This document shows positions 49,159-62,056 of a stretch of 64,000 nucleotides of DNA, in pieces; the stretch's first letter is position 1, and every line of letters starts with the position of its first letter. Below the pieces are notes generated by a model. The model did not search any database. It was given only the letters and a program-made list of their open reading frames with translations, and was not told the DNA's origin. The DNA is from Nemertoderma westbladi (taxonomy: Eukaryota > Animalia > Xenacoelomorpha). The DNA lies in assembly GCA_032718475.1 (NCBI GenBank), contig JAUCBJ010008665.1, positions 9,762 to 73,761 of the forward strand, read 5' to 3'. The position numbers and the translations under genes are program-made.

Positions 49159-49661
49159 GAAAGAGAGAGTAAGAGGTAAAAGGGGTAAAAAATAGGATAT
49201 AGATATTAGATAGCAGTAAGTAGAGTTAGTAGCGAGAGGGGGGCATATGAGTACAGCTGGATAAATCGTGTGGCCACACGACGCATACTGCTGTGCTGCA
49301 TAGGCCCACAGAGTAGGCCAGAATATGGATCAGAGAATAGAATAAATCCATAGGCAGTAGTAAGTAGTAGGACAGTAGAATCAAAGCAAAATAAATAAAT
49401 AAATAGAATAGGGCTAAAGTCGAAAAATAGTGGTAACACAAGGAAAGTCGTTCTAGAACATAATAAAAGTAACGGACGGAAATTGTAAATTAGGCTGATT
49501 TACTAGCTCCGAAATTAATTAGATTAAACTAAGCTTGAAAGGCGCAGTTAAGTAGAAAAGTAGGCCATTATCGAACTGTACGAAACATCTTAATACATCA
49601 CTCATCTGTATTGCGCCTTGGTAAGGCACCACCCTACAGGTGAGCGAGTGTAGTGTTCGGA

Positions 49662-50243
49662 ATGGCGAGTAAGCTGATCAGGAAGAGAAAGGCGGAGTCA
49701 GGAGGAAAAGAAATATTGGTGGATTTCACCGAAAGACACCCAGAGGAGAAGTTCACGAGGTTCGAGGAGTGGGCCGACGTCGGGGCCATGACGCGCCAGC
49801 GCATGAAGGCCCAAGAGTTCAAGTGGGGTTTCTTCCTCATAAACCAGGAGACCCACATGGAAATCATAAAGCGAAGGTTACCGTTTACCTTTCAAGAGGT
49901 AGCTACGGCGGCATCGTTCGCCGGAGTTATGAACACGCAACGGTACCTGGACAGGTGGACACCAGAGAACCGGAGGGAGTTTAGGGATTTCTTGGCGGAA
50001 CACGTACCAAAGGCAATGAAGATGATCCTATGGGACGCCACACGAGGGAAACAACCAGGCCATTCTGAGGGGCCACCGGCGAAGCGGTATCGGGCTTTAA
50101 TAACACCAGCGCCCAAGGAGCCGACGACCGGGATCAGCAAGGAAGTGGCAGCGAAGGTCCGGAAGCAGAAAGCGGATGATGCCAGAGGAACAGTGATAAC
50201 CAAGAAACGGGCCAGGGAGGAGGACGTGAGGAGGTACAGATGA
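49662..50243 (+). CDS. Accessory ORF of unknown function in the env position of the BEL/Pao element
   Basis: Open ~193-aa ORF from ATG (MASKLIRKRK...), purine-rich like the element's other ORFs; basic NLS-like motifs (RKRK, PPAKRYR, KKRAR). Confidence 0.6.
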   Translation: MASKLIRKRKAESGGKEILVDFTERHPEEKFTRFEEWADVGAMTRQRMKAQEFKWGFFLINQETHMEIIKRRLPFTFQEVATAASFAGVMNTQRYLDRWTPENRREFRDFLAEHVPKAMKMILWDATRGKQPGHSEGPPAKRYRALITPAPKEPTTGISKEVAAKVRKQKADDARGTVITKKRAREEDVRRYR

Positions 50244-53200
50244 GTTCCCGGAGGCGAGGGAATGAGACTGAGATTGGGACGTGGTGCGCCTGGAAGGCGC
50301 CGCATGTAACGTACGAACTATTAAGTATAAATTTAATTAATGCAAATAACTATATAAGTGCAATTTGTATGTACGTACGTAGTGATTAGCAGTAAAATAC
50401 ATACGTTTGGAGTAAGTACTATAGTCATACAACCTTTCTCAATTAGCTACTGGGACTGGGGGACGATTGACTATGGCACTATGGACGAGACAACTGACAA
50501 TTTCACACTTCTTGAGTGCGGCGGCACGAGAGGGGGGGGAGGTTCGTCAGGAGAGATAAAACAGTCAAAGTGGACTTGAGAATCGGAATAAGAGTGTGAA
50601 GTGCGGAGAGAGTGCGAGCGCCATTCTAGTGTGGGGGGGGGAGAATAAGAGGCTGAGTGAGGGACGAGGAGGTCCGGGGGTATGAGAGAGTTAGGGTGAG
50701 AGTAGAGGGGAGGTAGGGCGAAAGTGTTGGGGAAACAAAAATCGCGTGAAGAGGTGAGCGCGATCGGCCCGACATGAGACGCCAGGCACACAGGGTAGCG
50801 TTATCATACCCATAGGGTGCGGCCTGGAAAGCCGGCTCCAAGAGAAAAGAATTCCACCCCACACCCGATACTAGATCGGGATCCAGCGGGATTGTAGCGC
50901 ACTTTTTTGGTTGATGCTATCTTCTTACCGGGAAGATAGCATGGGGGGGAGTGTTAGCTTATTCAATCCCGCCAACACCCCATAAAGTTATCAGCCGATA
51001 AGCAATATTGGGGGCCACGAGATTGGGCAATTAACCAACTCGCGCCATCCCAATAAGAGTGGGAAGGAAGCACACAATAGAGGGTCAGGGGCCAAACCCC
51101 TAACCCAGAGAGAACAGGTGGAGTGAACGGGAATACTCCACGGGGCGCCAACAAGGGTATTAACCAATCAGAGGGGGGAATGGCATCGATTGAGTAGCAG
51201 TAAGGCCACCGTGCAATATAACCAATAACCTATTAATCAGTGATTCAGTTATCTCAGTGCAGCAGTGCTAGCGTAGGGTACAGCCAATTAGTTTAGTTAG
51301 GGGATCACGGGACTTTAGTTACCGTATCCCGCCTTGTACACATTCACAATATATCTATATCTTATAACCTCTTATTATACACCGAACTTCAGAACTCAAT
51401 TATCTTTACTTCACCCTTACACACGGCGGGGACGCGTGGACTAAATACCACACCGGATAAATCGGGATCCCTCCTGGATCCCGTCACAGTGTTCAACAGA
51501 AAGTGATTGCGTTGGACCAAGTTGGATCGCCCAACAGTAAGAGGTACTGTAATCGTTCAACAGGTACCTTACCTATCACAATAAATTAGATTTCACCTTC
51601 AAAGCCACCAGCCGCCATACACTGTTAACCAGCTCCCATTCTCCTTAGCCAGGCCGTATCTTTATTAGATATGAGTTGATTAATTCAACTTATTGGTGTT
51701 CCAGCGAGGTATCTATCATTCTGCTACCGCTTATTGACTTGTTATAAATTAACTGTGGCCGGGAGAATGGTTCGTTGCCTATTGGCTATTGCCCAGTAAT
51801 ATTATAACCGGAAAATATCAGCAGTGAAACCTCTTTTATGAATGAATTTCCTACTGTAAATTAATGTCTTGGAAAGCGCATTGGGTTTTTAACCACGAAA
51901 CTTCAAACTCCAATACAGTTAGTTAGTTCTAATATAATATAATAAACTTGAATAAGTATAATAACCATATGCTTAAAGCGATATAACAACCGCCACTGCT
52001 GACATACACTTACTTTTCTACATCAAACATATGTAATTGCTTTTACTACTTACAGAAGAAGTCGCCTTTTTAGCATTATTAGTACCAATTTTGACGTTGT
52101 TGAGCATAAATGATCCCTCCAAATCATTGCCATACATTTCCGAGCAACAAATAGTTTGTATAAATATTAACAAAGTCCACATAATAATAACATTTATAGA
52201 TGAATTCATGGTATAAGAATATTGGTTTCAATAGCAACCTATTCTTATTGGTTGCTATGTATTCCAAAATACATCAATAAAATTACGGAAGTTTTAAATA
52301 GTAATAGAAATGTTAGTAAGAGTTAATTCGTAGAGGTTTAGTTGGCCTCATTAGTAACAGACAGGGGTCTAACTGTAGTATCAAGTAGGGGATTTCAAAT
52401 ATATATTATGTTATAGAACATTATGATAATTGTCTCCATAGCAAAAAATATATTTAGCAGACTCTATTGGGGCTCGATTGTGGGAAAAGTAGAGGCAAGA
52501 GTTCATATACAATTATAATAGGGCCTTTTTCAAACAGTGGTGTTGTTACATTATGTCAACGTGCGTTCTGAATGCTTAATTAGTTATTAATACTTAAATT
52601 ATCACCTTTTTTTTTAATTATGTAAAATATGTTTAGGAATATTAATGAAATTCATATCCTTTTTATGTAATTATTATTATAAACTAATTATTAATTATTA
52701 TAAACTTTATATGTCTATGTTATATACATTCTAGTACATGAAGGTAGGTTAGTAGGATTCTCACATGTCTCAACAATATGTTACATCGATTTGTTTGTTG
52801 TATTGAATGGTGCAGAATAAATCAATAGGTTGTTTTTATCGATTATATTTCCCGCTAGTTCATATATGCGTTGGGAAGGCTAGGCCACTAAATTGATAAA
52901 ACAGATGGTTATGGGGAATTATTTCTATTATTGTCGGTCCTAAATAAACTGTACATAGCGTATATGTAAAGAAACCTGGGTACTTTAGTACAGCGGCACA
53001 CATGACTAACACAACACTAGGGCTATTCGCGACCCTCAAAATGCGAAGCATAGCAAAGCCGCGACGGTAAATTGGCAAATAGAATTGAAGGAATGAAGAA
53101 TTAACTAATCTGAGTACCAATTGTTGCCATTTTGTTTATTATCGATGATACAAAACAATAAATTACTGCAAATATAAAAATAAAATACAAACATCAATAT

Positions 53201-53835
53201 AAAATTAAAGATTCACTTAATAACTATCCAGTATAAACTTTAAAAGTCAGATTCTAAATTTGTTTTGAAAACTATTTCCTATTTCCTATTTTCTTTTTTA
53301 ATCTTAGTTATGTGCATGTTGTTTTATACTTCAGTGTATTTACGAACTCTTATAATTGCGTTATTAACAAATGCCCTTACTTGCGGGTACCGATAAGCTG
53401 GCTCTATGCTATTATAAATATTATAGTGATATGATAACTGATTAATGATAAAATAAATAACTCTTAAAACTCAGTATCTTATAGTATACTATGTATTTTA
53501 ACTTTTGGTATATTTATAGTGTATTTTATAAGTATTTTAACTAAGTATTTTATATTTCGGGTGTATTTAACAGGCTCTTTTAATAACTTCTTCAACGAAT
53601 GGCCTTAATGAACAGCCGTCTTGGATTAATAATGTAGTAACTGTATAGTACTGTATGTAAGAACCTTATTCAGAACCTTATTCTATTTTATCTCCATTAA
53701 CATATTTATATTTTAATGTACGTCCTTTTACTGTGTATTTCCCTACACATTTCGGGTAATAATTTCGTTAATATTTTGATTGTTGCTGGGAATGGATAAT
53801 TAAATTCGTACAGTAAGTACGAATTTAAATCGTTC

Positions 53836-54352
53836 ATAATTAATCTATTGTAATTTTTATTTAAATCCGTGTAATCTAGTAATCTGTGTAATCTAGTAAT
53901 CCGTGTATTCTGTATCATAATTAATCTATTGTAATTTTTATTTAAATCCGTGTAATCTAGTAATCTAGTAATCTGTGTAATGTAGTAATCCGTGTAATCT
54001 AGTAATCCGTGTAATCTGTATCATAATTAATCTATTGTAATTTTTATTTAAATCCGTGTAATCTAGTAATCCGTGTAATCTAGTAATCCGTGTAATCTGT
54101 ATCATAATTAATCTATTGTAATTTTTATTTAAATCCGTGTAATCTAGTAATCTGTGTAATCTAGTAATCTGTGTAATCTAGTAATCCGTGTATTCTGTAT
54201 CATAATTAATCTATTGTAATTTTTATTTAAATCCGTGTAATCTAGTAATCTAGTAATCTGTGTAATGTAGTAATCCGTGTAATCTAGTAATCCGTGTAAT
54301 CTGTATCATAATTAATCTATTGTAATTTTTATTTAAATCCGTGTAATCTAGT
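53836..54352. repeat. Two-level tandem repeat (~70-90-bp units with variable 15-bp GTGTAATCTAGTAATC subunits)
   Basis: CATAATTAATCTATTGTAATTTTTATTTAAATCC anchor repeated 7 times. Confidence 0.93.
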
Positions 54353-54439
54353 AGGTACGAATTCAAACCGAATCTAACTCATTTATTTTATTTCGTATGT
54401 AACTTCGTGTAATCTTTATATCGATGATTGTGTATTTCT

Positions 54440-54821
54440 GATACTCTGCGATGCCAATCAATACCACACATAGACCACACTACAATTCCCCACAGCTCTA
54501 TACTAAATGTTATATTACTCCGACCACTCCCCTCGAACACATTCCTACTCCATTTTACACACGCCTACTAACCACACATTTACCACTACCGACAGACAAT
54601 TACCACACCGACCATACCGATAACCTCCTCGCCTTAAGGGGACCCCCATGAAAACGAGACCATGTCTCTTGGGGCTATCCCCGACATCATCTAGACTCAC
54701 ACTCACCATAACTACTGTATAATGGATTATCTTGTTATCTTGTTCCTTCCGGTAATGTTTAATTATGCAGATTTACTTTACTTATTTGATGTCAATTAAA
54801 CAATTTCAATTTCAATTTCAA
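54440..54821 (+). mobile_element. Probable LINE 3' UTR fragment with stem-loop and (TTTCAA)n tail
   Basis: GGGGACCCC...GGGGCTATCCCC stem-loop (~54638-54682), ATTAAA, then CAATTTCAATTTCAATTTCAA. Confidence 0.45.
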
Positions 54822-55029
54822 GGCTTTAAACCATTAAAGGGGTGAAGATGTATATTCTAGAATATAGAGCAAGAGAGGGTGACTAAATTTTAAGAGTTAA
54901 TTTACGCATAGCTAACCCTCAGGCATATAATAACTTGTAACTCCACAGGTATTAGTTACATTAGTAGTGTTATAACACCATTGAAAGATTGACCATTAAA
55001 ATTATAGTAGAACCAATTAATAACTGTTG

Positions 55030-58000
55030 AGAGTAGGCCAACTGGATTGGATTAGCGAATTATATGCTCAATGTCTCAGGGATCGCTGCGGTGTTGCCAA
55101 TGTGGCATCACCAGCAATGGTTGCTGTGAAAGCCGTCGTTGCGGATGCTTTCGAGCCGAACGTTCGTGTGTCAGCTGTTGTCAGCTCAATATCGGCCGCT
55201 GCAGGAACCAGTACACGCTACAACAACTCAGTTCAACCGCTAGTTTACCTTTACCCAGTCCATGTGATGGAAGAGGACAGGTATGTTCGTGCTCTCTCTC
55301 GCCAATCCCTTCAATCGACAGGACTCTCATTGACAATTCGTCAGGGAATGACAGCTCGTTTTTCGGTGACCTAAATAACACCGTCATCTCGACTATTCGA
55401 TCGAGTAGTCCCATCCTAACCAACCTGCCAGCCATTACGATTCCCTTGATCAGCTCCTAGCTTCAAGCACTGCCTCCATCTACTAATGATCGCCAGCCTA
55501 CGATCCATTGGTTTGAAGCCTCGTTTCCACTGGAGAGGTTTATCTTCTCTTTACGAGGAGCTTACAACATGGTAGTTCATTGGCGTCCCAACCTCTTCCT
55601 GTTGCCTCCTGGGGCCATTGGTAGGGCGGTGGTTTCCGAGATGAGCCGACTGCTGAAACTCTTCTCAGCCGAACCCAGTTACGAAGATGCAGCCCTCACA
55701 GGGCTTATGATACTCCCTGCACTTCTGCTTCAGAAGCCAAGTCGTGATTCTGCTGCGTTGGTTCATCGACGGGTTTTAGAGCGCCGGTTCGAGTCATGGA
55801 AGTCGGGACGTTTTGATCTGTTATTACAGGAGGCAAGTGCCATCCAGGCTCATCTGCCCAAGCGGTCTGCGCGCACTGTTCTGCTGCACAACACTGCCGC
55901 CGAGAAAGTTTTCTGTAGACATATGCTTACAGGGAATGTCAACGCAGCAATCAGGTGTCTGAACGAATTAGAAAAGGGGAAGGTACTCTCTCTCAATGAG
56001 ACTGTCACAGACAAGAATGGGGTGACGAAGAAGGTGCGTGATTTTCTTCTCGATAAACATCCTCCAGCCGCTCCGGCAGATCCATCGACTCTCCTGACTG
56101 GGTACAACCGTGCTCCGGAATTTCACCCAGTCATTTTCGAGAAGATTTCAGCTGATGTCGTGCTAAACTGTCTGCTCCAGATCCGGGGAAGCGCTGCAGG
56201 GCCTTCGGGACTCGACGTTCAGGGGTGGAAACATATCGCCACTCGGTTTCGGAACTCTTCAACAGAACTGTGCTCCAGTATAGCTTCCGCTGCAAAGAAG
56301 ATTGCAAAGTTTCCGCTGGAGCCATCAAACCTCTCCTCGCTGCTCTCAGCTTGCCTCTTGGCAATTGATAAGTGTCCGGGGGTCTGCCTTCTTTTTCAGC
56401 TCTGCTGCGGGCAGAAGGCGGGGATTGAGCACGCAATCCACAGCCTCAGTGATGAGTTTGCCAAGGATGACTGTGAGGCGGTGCTCCAGGTTGACGCTAC
56501 AAATGCATTCAACTCGATTAATCGTGCCGCTGCAACCCACAACATCGGGATGGTTTGTCCCTCACTGCAAACCATAGTATCGAACTGCTATGCAACCCCT
56601 TCAAAGTTCTTCATCGGCGGGGAGTACATACTCTCATCAGAGGGCTTCACGCAGGGTGATCCGATAGTGATGCCATCTTACGCAGTTGGATCGATCCCTC
56701 TGATCGTCGAGGCGGGTGCTGCAGCGGATGTGCTACAGAAGTGGTTTGCGGACGACGGCAATGCCGCAGGGACTCTATCGGAACTGCGGAAGTTCTGGGA
56801 CCTCATCCGGACTCGCGGGCCCTCACATGGCTATTTCCCGACAAAGTGCCACCTTCTCGTCAAACTGGAACTGATCCAGGAAGCCCGACGTCTCTTTCCA
56901 GATGACGGTTTCACCATTGAAGTCCGAGGGAGCCGACTCTTAGGAGGTGTCATCGGGAACGACTAGTACCGTGAGGAATTTGTGAACTCTAAGGTAGCTA
57001 AGTTAACTACTCAAGTGGATCTTATCACCAAGATTGCCTCTATGGATCCACACTGCGCCTACGCTGGCCTCACCATCAGCCTAGCAGCTCGGTGGAGGTA
57101 CATCTCTCGTGTGGTACCCGGGTCGACCCAGTTATTCGGTGACCTTGAAAATGCAGTTAGGAAGTGCCTCGGTGCACTAACTGGCCAGCCATCCATCTTG
57201 ACAGTGGAGCGGGAGTTGTTCTCCCTACCGGTCCGGTCAGGTGGTCTGGCAGTTCCCCTTCCGAGCGACCTGGATGCACAATATGTGAACTCCAGGAGGC
57301 TGTGACAGCCCTTCAATGAACACGATGATCCGGACTCGATTCGGGCAGCACAGCGCGAGATCATCAAGGTGAGTCGGAGTACTGACGCCCTGCAATTGGA
57401 GGGGAAGCTGAATGCGATTCGCAATCAACTCACGCCAAATCAAAAAACTCTCCAAGAACTCGTGTCAGAGAAAGGCGCCTCAGCGTGGTTGAACTCACGC
57501 CCCATCACCCTGCTCGACACGCATCTCAATAAAGAGGAGTTCAAGGATTCACTCTGTCTTCGCTATGGCTGGTTACCCCAGTCGCTCCCGGCTCGTTGCG
57601 CCTGTGGGACACGATTTTCCATTAATCATGTCCTGTCGTGCCCCACTGGTGGTTATCCGTCAATCCGGCACAACGAGATCCGGGATTTCGTCGCATCAAC
57701 CCTGACCGAGGTCTCCCAGAACGTCTCGATTGAACCCCGATTGCAGCCTATCTTTGGTGAGCAGTTCGAGAGGCGTTCAACAACAGAGGACCAGGAGGCG
57801 CGGCTGGACGTGGCGATGTCTGGGTTTTGGGGATCGAGATTCCAGAGAACCTTTTTGGACGTCTCAGTTTTCAATCCTCTCGCTCCGACCAATGCAGCAA
57901 TGACACTAGAGGGTGCCCATCTCCATCATGAGGCGCGGACGCGGGGTCGGTATGAAGAACGAGTCAGGGAAGTCGAGCTGGCGACCTTCACGCCACTGAT

Positions 58001-58560
58001 CATGTCTGCTTTCGGGGGAATCTCACCAGCCACGGCGCAGTTCTTCAAACACCTTGCTGTTCTGTTGGTGGATAAGCGGGAGATCAGCTACACAGAGTGT
58101 GTTACCTGGATCCGACGACACATCAGTTTTCTGCTGGTTCGGGCCGCCCACATGTGCCTGCGCGGGTCAAGGTCATCACACCACCGGCCAGTTCATAACG
58201 CCAACCTGGGAGAAATCTCCATCCGGCTCCCACGGGGCGGCCATCGGAGGCAGCGGGGGTGAAATGCAGGGTTGAGCTGCTGTGGATTATCGGTGCAAAG
58301 TAGATAGTCAAAGACGATGGGTTCCTCCGTTGTCGGGTCAGCAACTCTGCCAACCTCTGCGGTACCAGCGCCGGCGACGTCCACACCATCACCTGCTCCA
58401 GGAAGACCGGCCGTTATGTCGTTGAGTTAAAAGGAATCAGCGAATATCTTACTCTTTGTGAAGTCGATGTCTTTCCCTTATAGAGACGAAGAACAAAGAA
58501 ATTTAAGAAATATAAAGAAATTACCCCTTACTATTTGTGCTATGCTAATTGTCTTGAATT
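55030..58560 (+). mobile_element. Second CRE-like non-LTR retrotransposon (RT plus REL), disabled
   Basis: N-terminal Cys cluster; VDATNAFNS, QGDP, WFADD; CACG..HVLSC..GG..IRHNEIRD zinc knuckle; ARLDV..GFW..FLDVSVF; stops at 56964 and 57303; RPIGIGE segment deleted. Ends are approximate. Confidence 0.9.
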
Positions 58561-58801
58561 TGCTCGAATATATATTACTATAATGTTGTATCACTAAATG
58601 AAAAAAATTAAAGGGGTGCAATCCGGTCTAAACATATCTAAAATATTATATTGTCATGGTCCTTTATTCTTCCTACATTTCTTCAAAAAATATTTCTTGA
58701 TGATATATTTACCCCAATATTGACCCCCCCCCCCCCCCCCCTAATATATATGACTGTATATAACCCCCTTATAACTGTAATATTCTCTCATTTACTTTCA
58801 G

Positions 58802-59025
58802 TATTGAGTTTGGAAAAGCGAAATCGGACGAATTCCTTGTATCCACGCTGCTCTCCGTGTTTCAGTCGTTGGCCGTGTTACAGCCAATTAAAATACTATT
58901 GTTCGCGTTATTTGTGGCTAAAATTGCGAAACGACCTCCCGAGGAAACCCAGAGAGCAGAAGAGGAAGAAAACAACGAGTTAAAACCGGATGAGGAACCC
59001 GTTATCAGCAGTATGTGGATCCCAG
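58802..59025 (+). CDS. Polycystin-1-like exon following the 48-kb intron
   Basis: ttcag|(S)IEFGKAKSDEFLVSTLLSVFQSLAVLQPIKILLFAL...MWIP|gttggt; completes the phase-2 codon from 10487; matches the family pattern YS..FG..KS....QPIK. Confidence 0.92.
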
Positions 59026-59893
59026 GTTGGTGTAACAGGATCCCTGGTTGGTGTAACAGGATCCCAGGTTGGTGTAACAGGATCCCTGCTAAATTACAAT
59101 TACATGTTTATATATTCGTTTATTGATATTTGTATATTGAACCAGATTTATTTCTTTTTAATTTTTAATACAGTATGCATTGTCGGCCGGCCCCCTAATA
59201 CATGACTTCCACAGTTCGCGATCACCCATGCCATGTAACTAATAATCAATTCGACTGCATTGTAAAGACCAATGATGTTCATCTGATGTATCAGGAATGT
59301 AAAATGGCTGAGTCCCACGTTTCCTACCATAAAACAAAATCATGCACATACCATAGGCTGTTCTATTATAATAGGGTTCTATAAGACTCGTACATCGTTC
59401 CTGCAAGGTAGTGCAGGGTTTTGACAATTCTCGGTAACTACAGAGCCTATATGGATTGTACGATTCCTCTTTTGTGTAGTGAGCATTGTTTCTTGGGTTA
59501 TCTTGTGTTATGAACACTGCGCAGCCAGCTGGTGTATGTACTGTACTGTCGTGTATGTACTGTTGTAAGAATCCTACAATGGCAACCTTATAGAACGGGG
59601 TCTCTGCTGTAATAAATCTAACCTTCAGATAAATTATGGCTGTTTTTATAGTTTATCCTTATAGTTAAATAAATTAATTGTAGTTGAGCTGTTAATGTTA
59701 ATGTTAATGAGAAAGTCACCTGGGGTTGAACCAGCGCTATACTTACGATTCGGCCTATCGGGCCTCTTCAGTAGCGCTAATAGGTTCAGCCACTCTCCCC
59801 TGACACTCGCCTTTCTATTTATAGCCAGCATTACAGGTTTAACTATACTATAGGTCCTGTGTATCGTGCATTATAACCATCTATTATTTGTAG

Positions 59894-60114
59894 ATGATGA
59901 CGATTTTTCGATCAAACCATTAAGCCAAAAACAAGTGGAAAGTGCTCGCCGTGTCCGAGTTAAGGAAGTTCACATGGATAGCATTCTATGGACTATAGCT
60001 AGATATGTGCTGTATGTAACATTACTGAGTATAATAGCATTCGGTAACATGGACCTCAACGCATATCCAACAAATCGAAATCTACAGCAAACATACTATT
60101 CTCAATTAGTTAAA
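59894..60114 (+). CDS. Polycystin-1-like exon (TM segment before the TOP domain)
   Basis: gtag|(D)DDDFSIKPLSQKQVESARRVRVKEVHMDSILWTIARYVLYVTLLSIIAFGNMD...LVK|gttagt; phases consistent. Confidence 0.92.
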
Positions 60115-60403
60115 GTTAGTTTAAAATATTTGTTAAATTATTGTATATTTTATTATATTATATCGTTTGATTGAATTTATTCGATTATTTTTTAAGTTGC
60201 TGCTGGTTGTATTATAAAATTTATTAGCTTCTCCTTTGAAAAAACTTTTGTCCTGGGGTAAAACGGGTTACTGTAGAATGTAGTTGTTGGATGTCCTTGA
60301 AGACACCACACACCAATCCGCGTCTACATTATTTAAAATTATTTAATCATTACTTGGATTTTCTTGTAATAATATTTGACTCGTTATAATATTATTTATT
60401 CAG

Positions 60404-60602
60404 ACTAGTAGAAGTTCTGATCCCAAACGGTTTGTGTGGGACTGGATTCGGGATGTGGCAGTAGCTAACCTGTACCCCCAGACTGTCTATAACGGAGAGA
60501 GACTGGCTAACATTGGCGATGGACAGGGGCTCATGTACATCTCCGATCTCACTAATGTACGAATTGGTTGGCCAAGACTCAGACAATTGCGCTACCAAAA
60601 AG
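60404..60602 (+). CDS. Polycystin-1-like exon (polycystin/TOP domain)
   Basis: tcag|TSRSSDPKRFVWDWI...LYP...RIGWPRLRQLRYQK; G.PRLRQLR is a family hallmark. Confidence 0.93.
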
Positions 60603-61216
60603 GTTACAAAAAAACTCGTGTGGATAATATGTAGAATAAATTTAAGTTGACCTTTTCTACAACTGTCAGGTCATCAGGAAATCCGAGTTGAATGTATTCA
60701 ATATTGATATGCTGGCAAATTACTTTGTATACATGAATGAAAAAGTCCCATAGCTCTTTAAATCTCAAACACAAAATAAAAATTTATTAATTTTTTTACG
60801 TTTAATAAATAAATACCGGTACATAACCAAAATAATGTTAAGCATAGGAAACATCGTATAAAAACGATATGTGTTTATGATCTATTGAATATACATTGTT
60901 GGGCATTTAATTTACAGAAGTTGGAGATAAATTACATTAATATATTATATTAAATGATAAGATTTTAAGATAAGATTTTGTGTGCAGAATTGTTTGTGAT
61001 GCACTCTTTTTTTATCAAGCTTAGGAAGGTTTCTACTTCCTAGTAATATAATATTTAAAAACGTCTTCTAATTGTTAATATAAAGTAATACATTAATTGA
61101 GCTGATATGCAACAAATGCAAGTAAAAATCTAACCAAGAATTCAATACAATCATTATTATTAATTTAATAACATAAACTATTTTTACTTTATTTTAACTT
61201 CTTTTGAAATGTTTAG

Positions 61217-61419
61217 ACACAGAGTGTGATGTCCCTATACCAATGGACTCCAGAGTTGATACCTGTCATCTAACCTACTCCTACTCGACGATGGATGATT
61301 CAAGTTACAACTCGGGTTGGGAACCTTGTGACCCAGAATGCAACACCATCACAGAATACCCAACTCCTTGGCAATATCAGGAAGCTCTCACACTGAAAAC
61401 TCTACCATACATTGGATTG
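61217..61419 (+). CDS. Polycystin-1-like exon (polycystin/TOP domain)
   Basis: ttag|(D)TECDVP...CHLTYS...YNSGW...PWQYQ...PYIGL; donor at 61420 or 61424 is uncertain. Confidence 0.88.
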
Positions 61420-61894
61420 GTTGGTATTATGTGATATTTTGCTTTTTGTTTTTTGCTTTTTATCCACCATATTTATTAAATTATAATATTTAAAAAGAAC
61501 TTCATTTTGCAGCCCCTTAGCGGCCTGAGTCAAAATATTAATGGAATTGAAGTTGTAGAAGCTGAAGTAACCAATAATATTTATTTATTATCAAGCACGT
61601 TAAGTAAAAAACCTTACCGGTAGGTATGTTAGTACCAAGGTATGTAAAAAACAAAAAAGCAACAAGACCTAGACGTTGTATGCTATCAGTGTTCAGCTGA
61701 CGGCAGCCAGCTGATCGGTAGGTTACGCCCCGCAGATGAAGGTATTCTCAGGAGGCCAAGCCAGGAAACATAGAGATAAGTTCAGAAAGGGAGACTGTAC
61801 GGGTATTGAAATGAAGAGAGAGGTCTGTAGGTAACTAGCCACTGGGAAGCAGCACCACAAACTTGCGCCAATCACGTGTGTCTACTTGTTGAAA

Positions 61895-62056
61895 CTTTAC
61901 TGCAGTAGCCTAAACACTTACTGCAGTAACCTAAAACATTACTGCAGTAACCTTACAACTTACTGCAGTAACCTAAACCTTCACTACAGTAACCTAAAAC
62001 ACTACTGCAGTAACCTAAAACGTTACTGCAGTAACCTAAAACGTTACTGCAGTAAA
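61895..62056. repeat. 21-bp tandem repeat, about 8 copies
   Basis: Unit TTACTGCAGTAACCTAAAACA, containing the palindrome TTACTGCAGTAA. Confidence 0.92.

Larger units (their letters stand above)
41848..51488 (+). mobile_element. BEL/Pao LTR retrotransposon, non-autonomous (Gag-protease only, with extra 3' ORF)
   Basis: LTRs 41848-42361 and 50952-51488, TGT...ACA, apparently identical apart from a 23-bp indel; 5-bp TSD GTGTT; PPT GGGGGGGAG. Confidence 0.95.

Noticed and set aside
40688-51988. Older solo LTR (TGTTACG...TATAACA) hosting the BEL/Pao insertion
   Set aside because: Termini and AATAAA are suggestive, but no matching TSD was found (AGCGG versus ACCGC).
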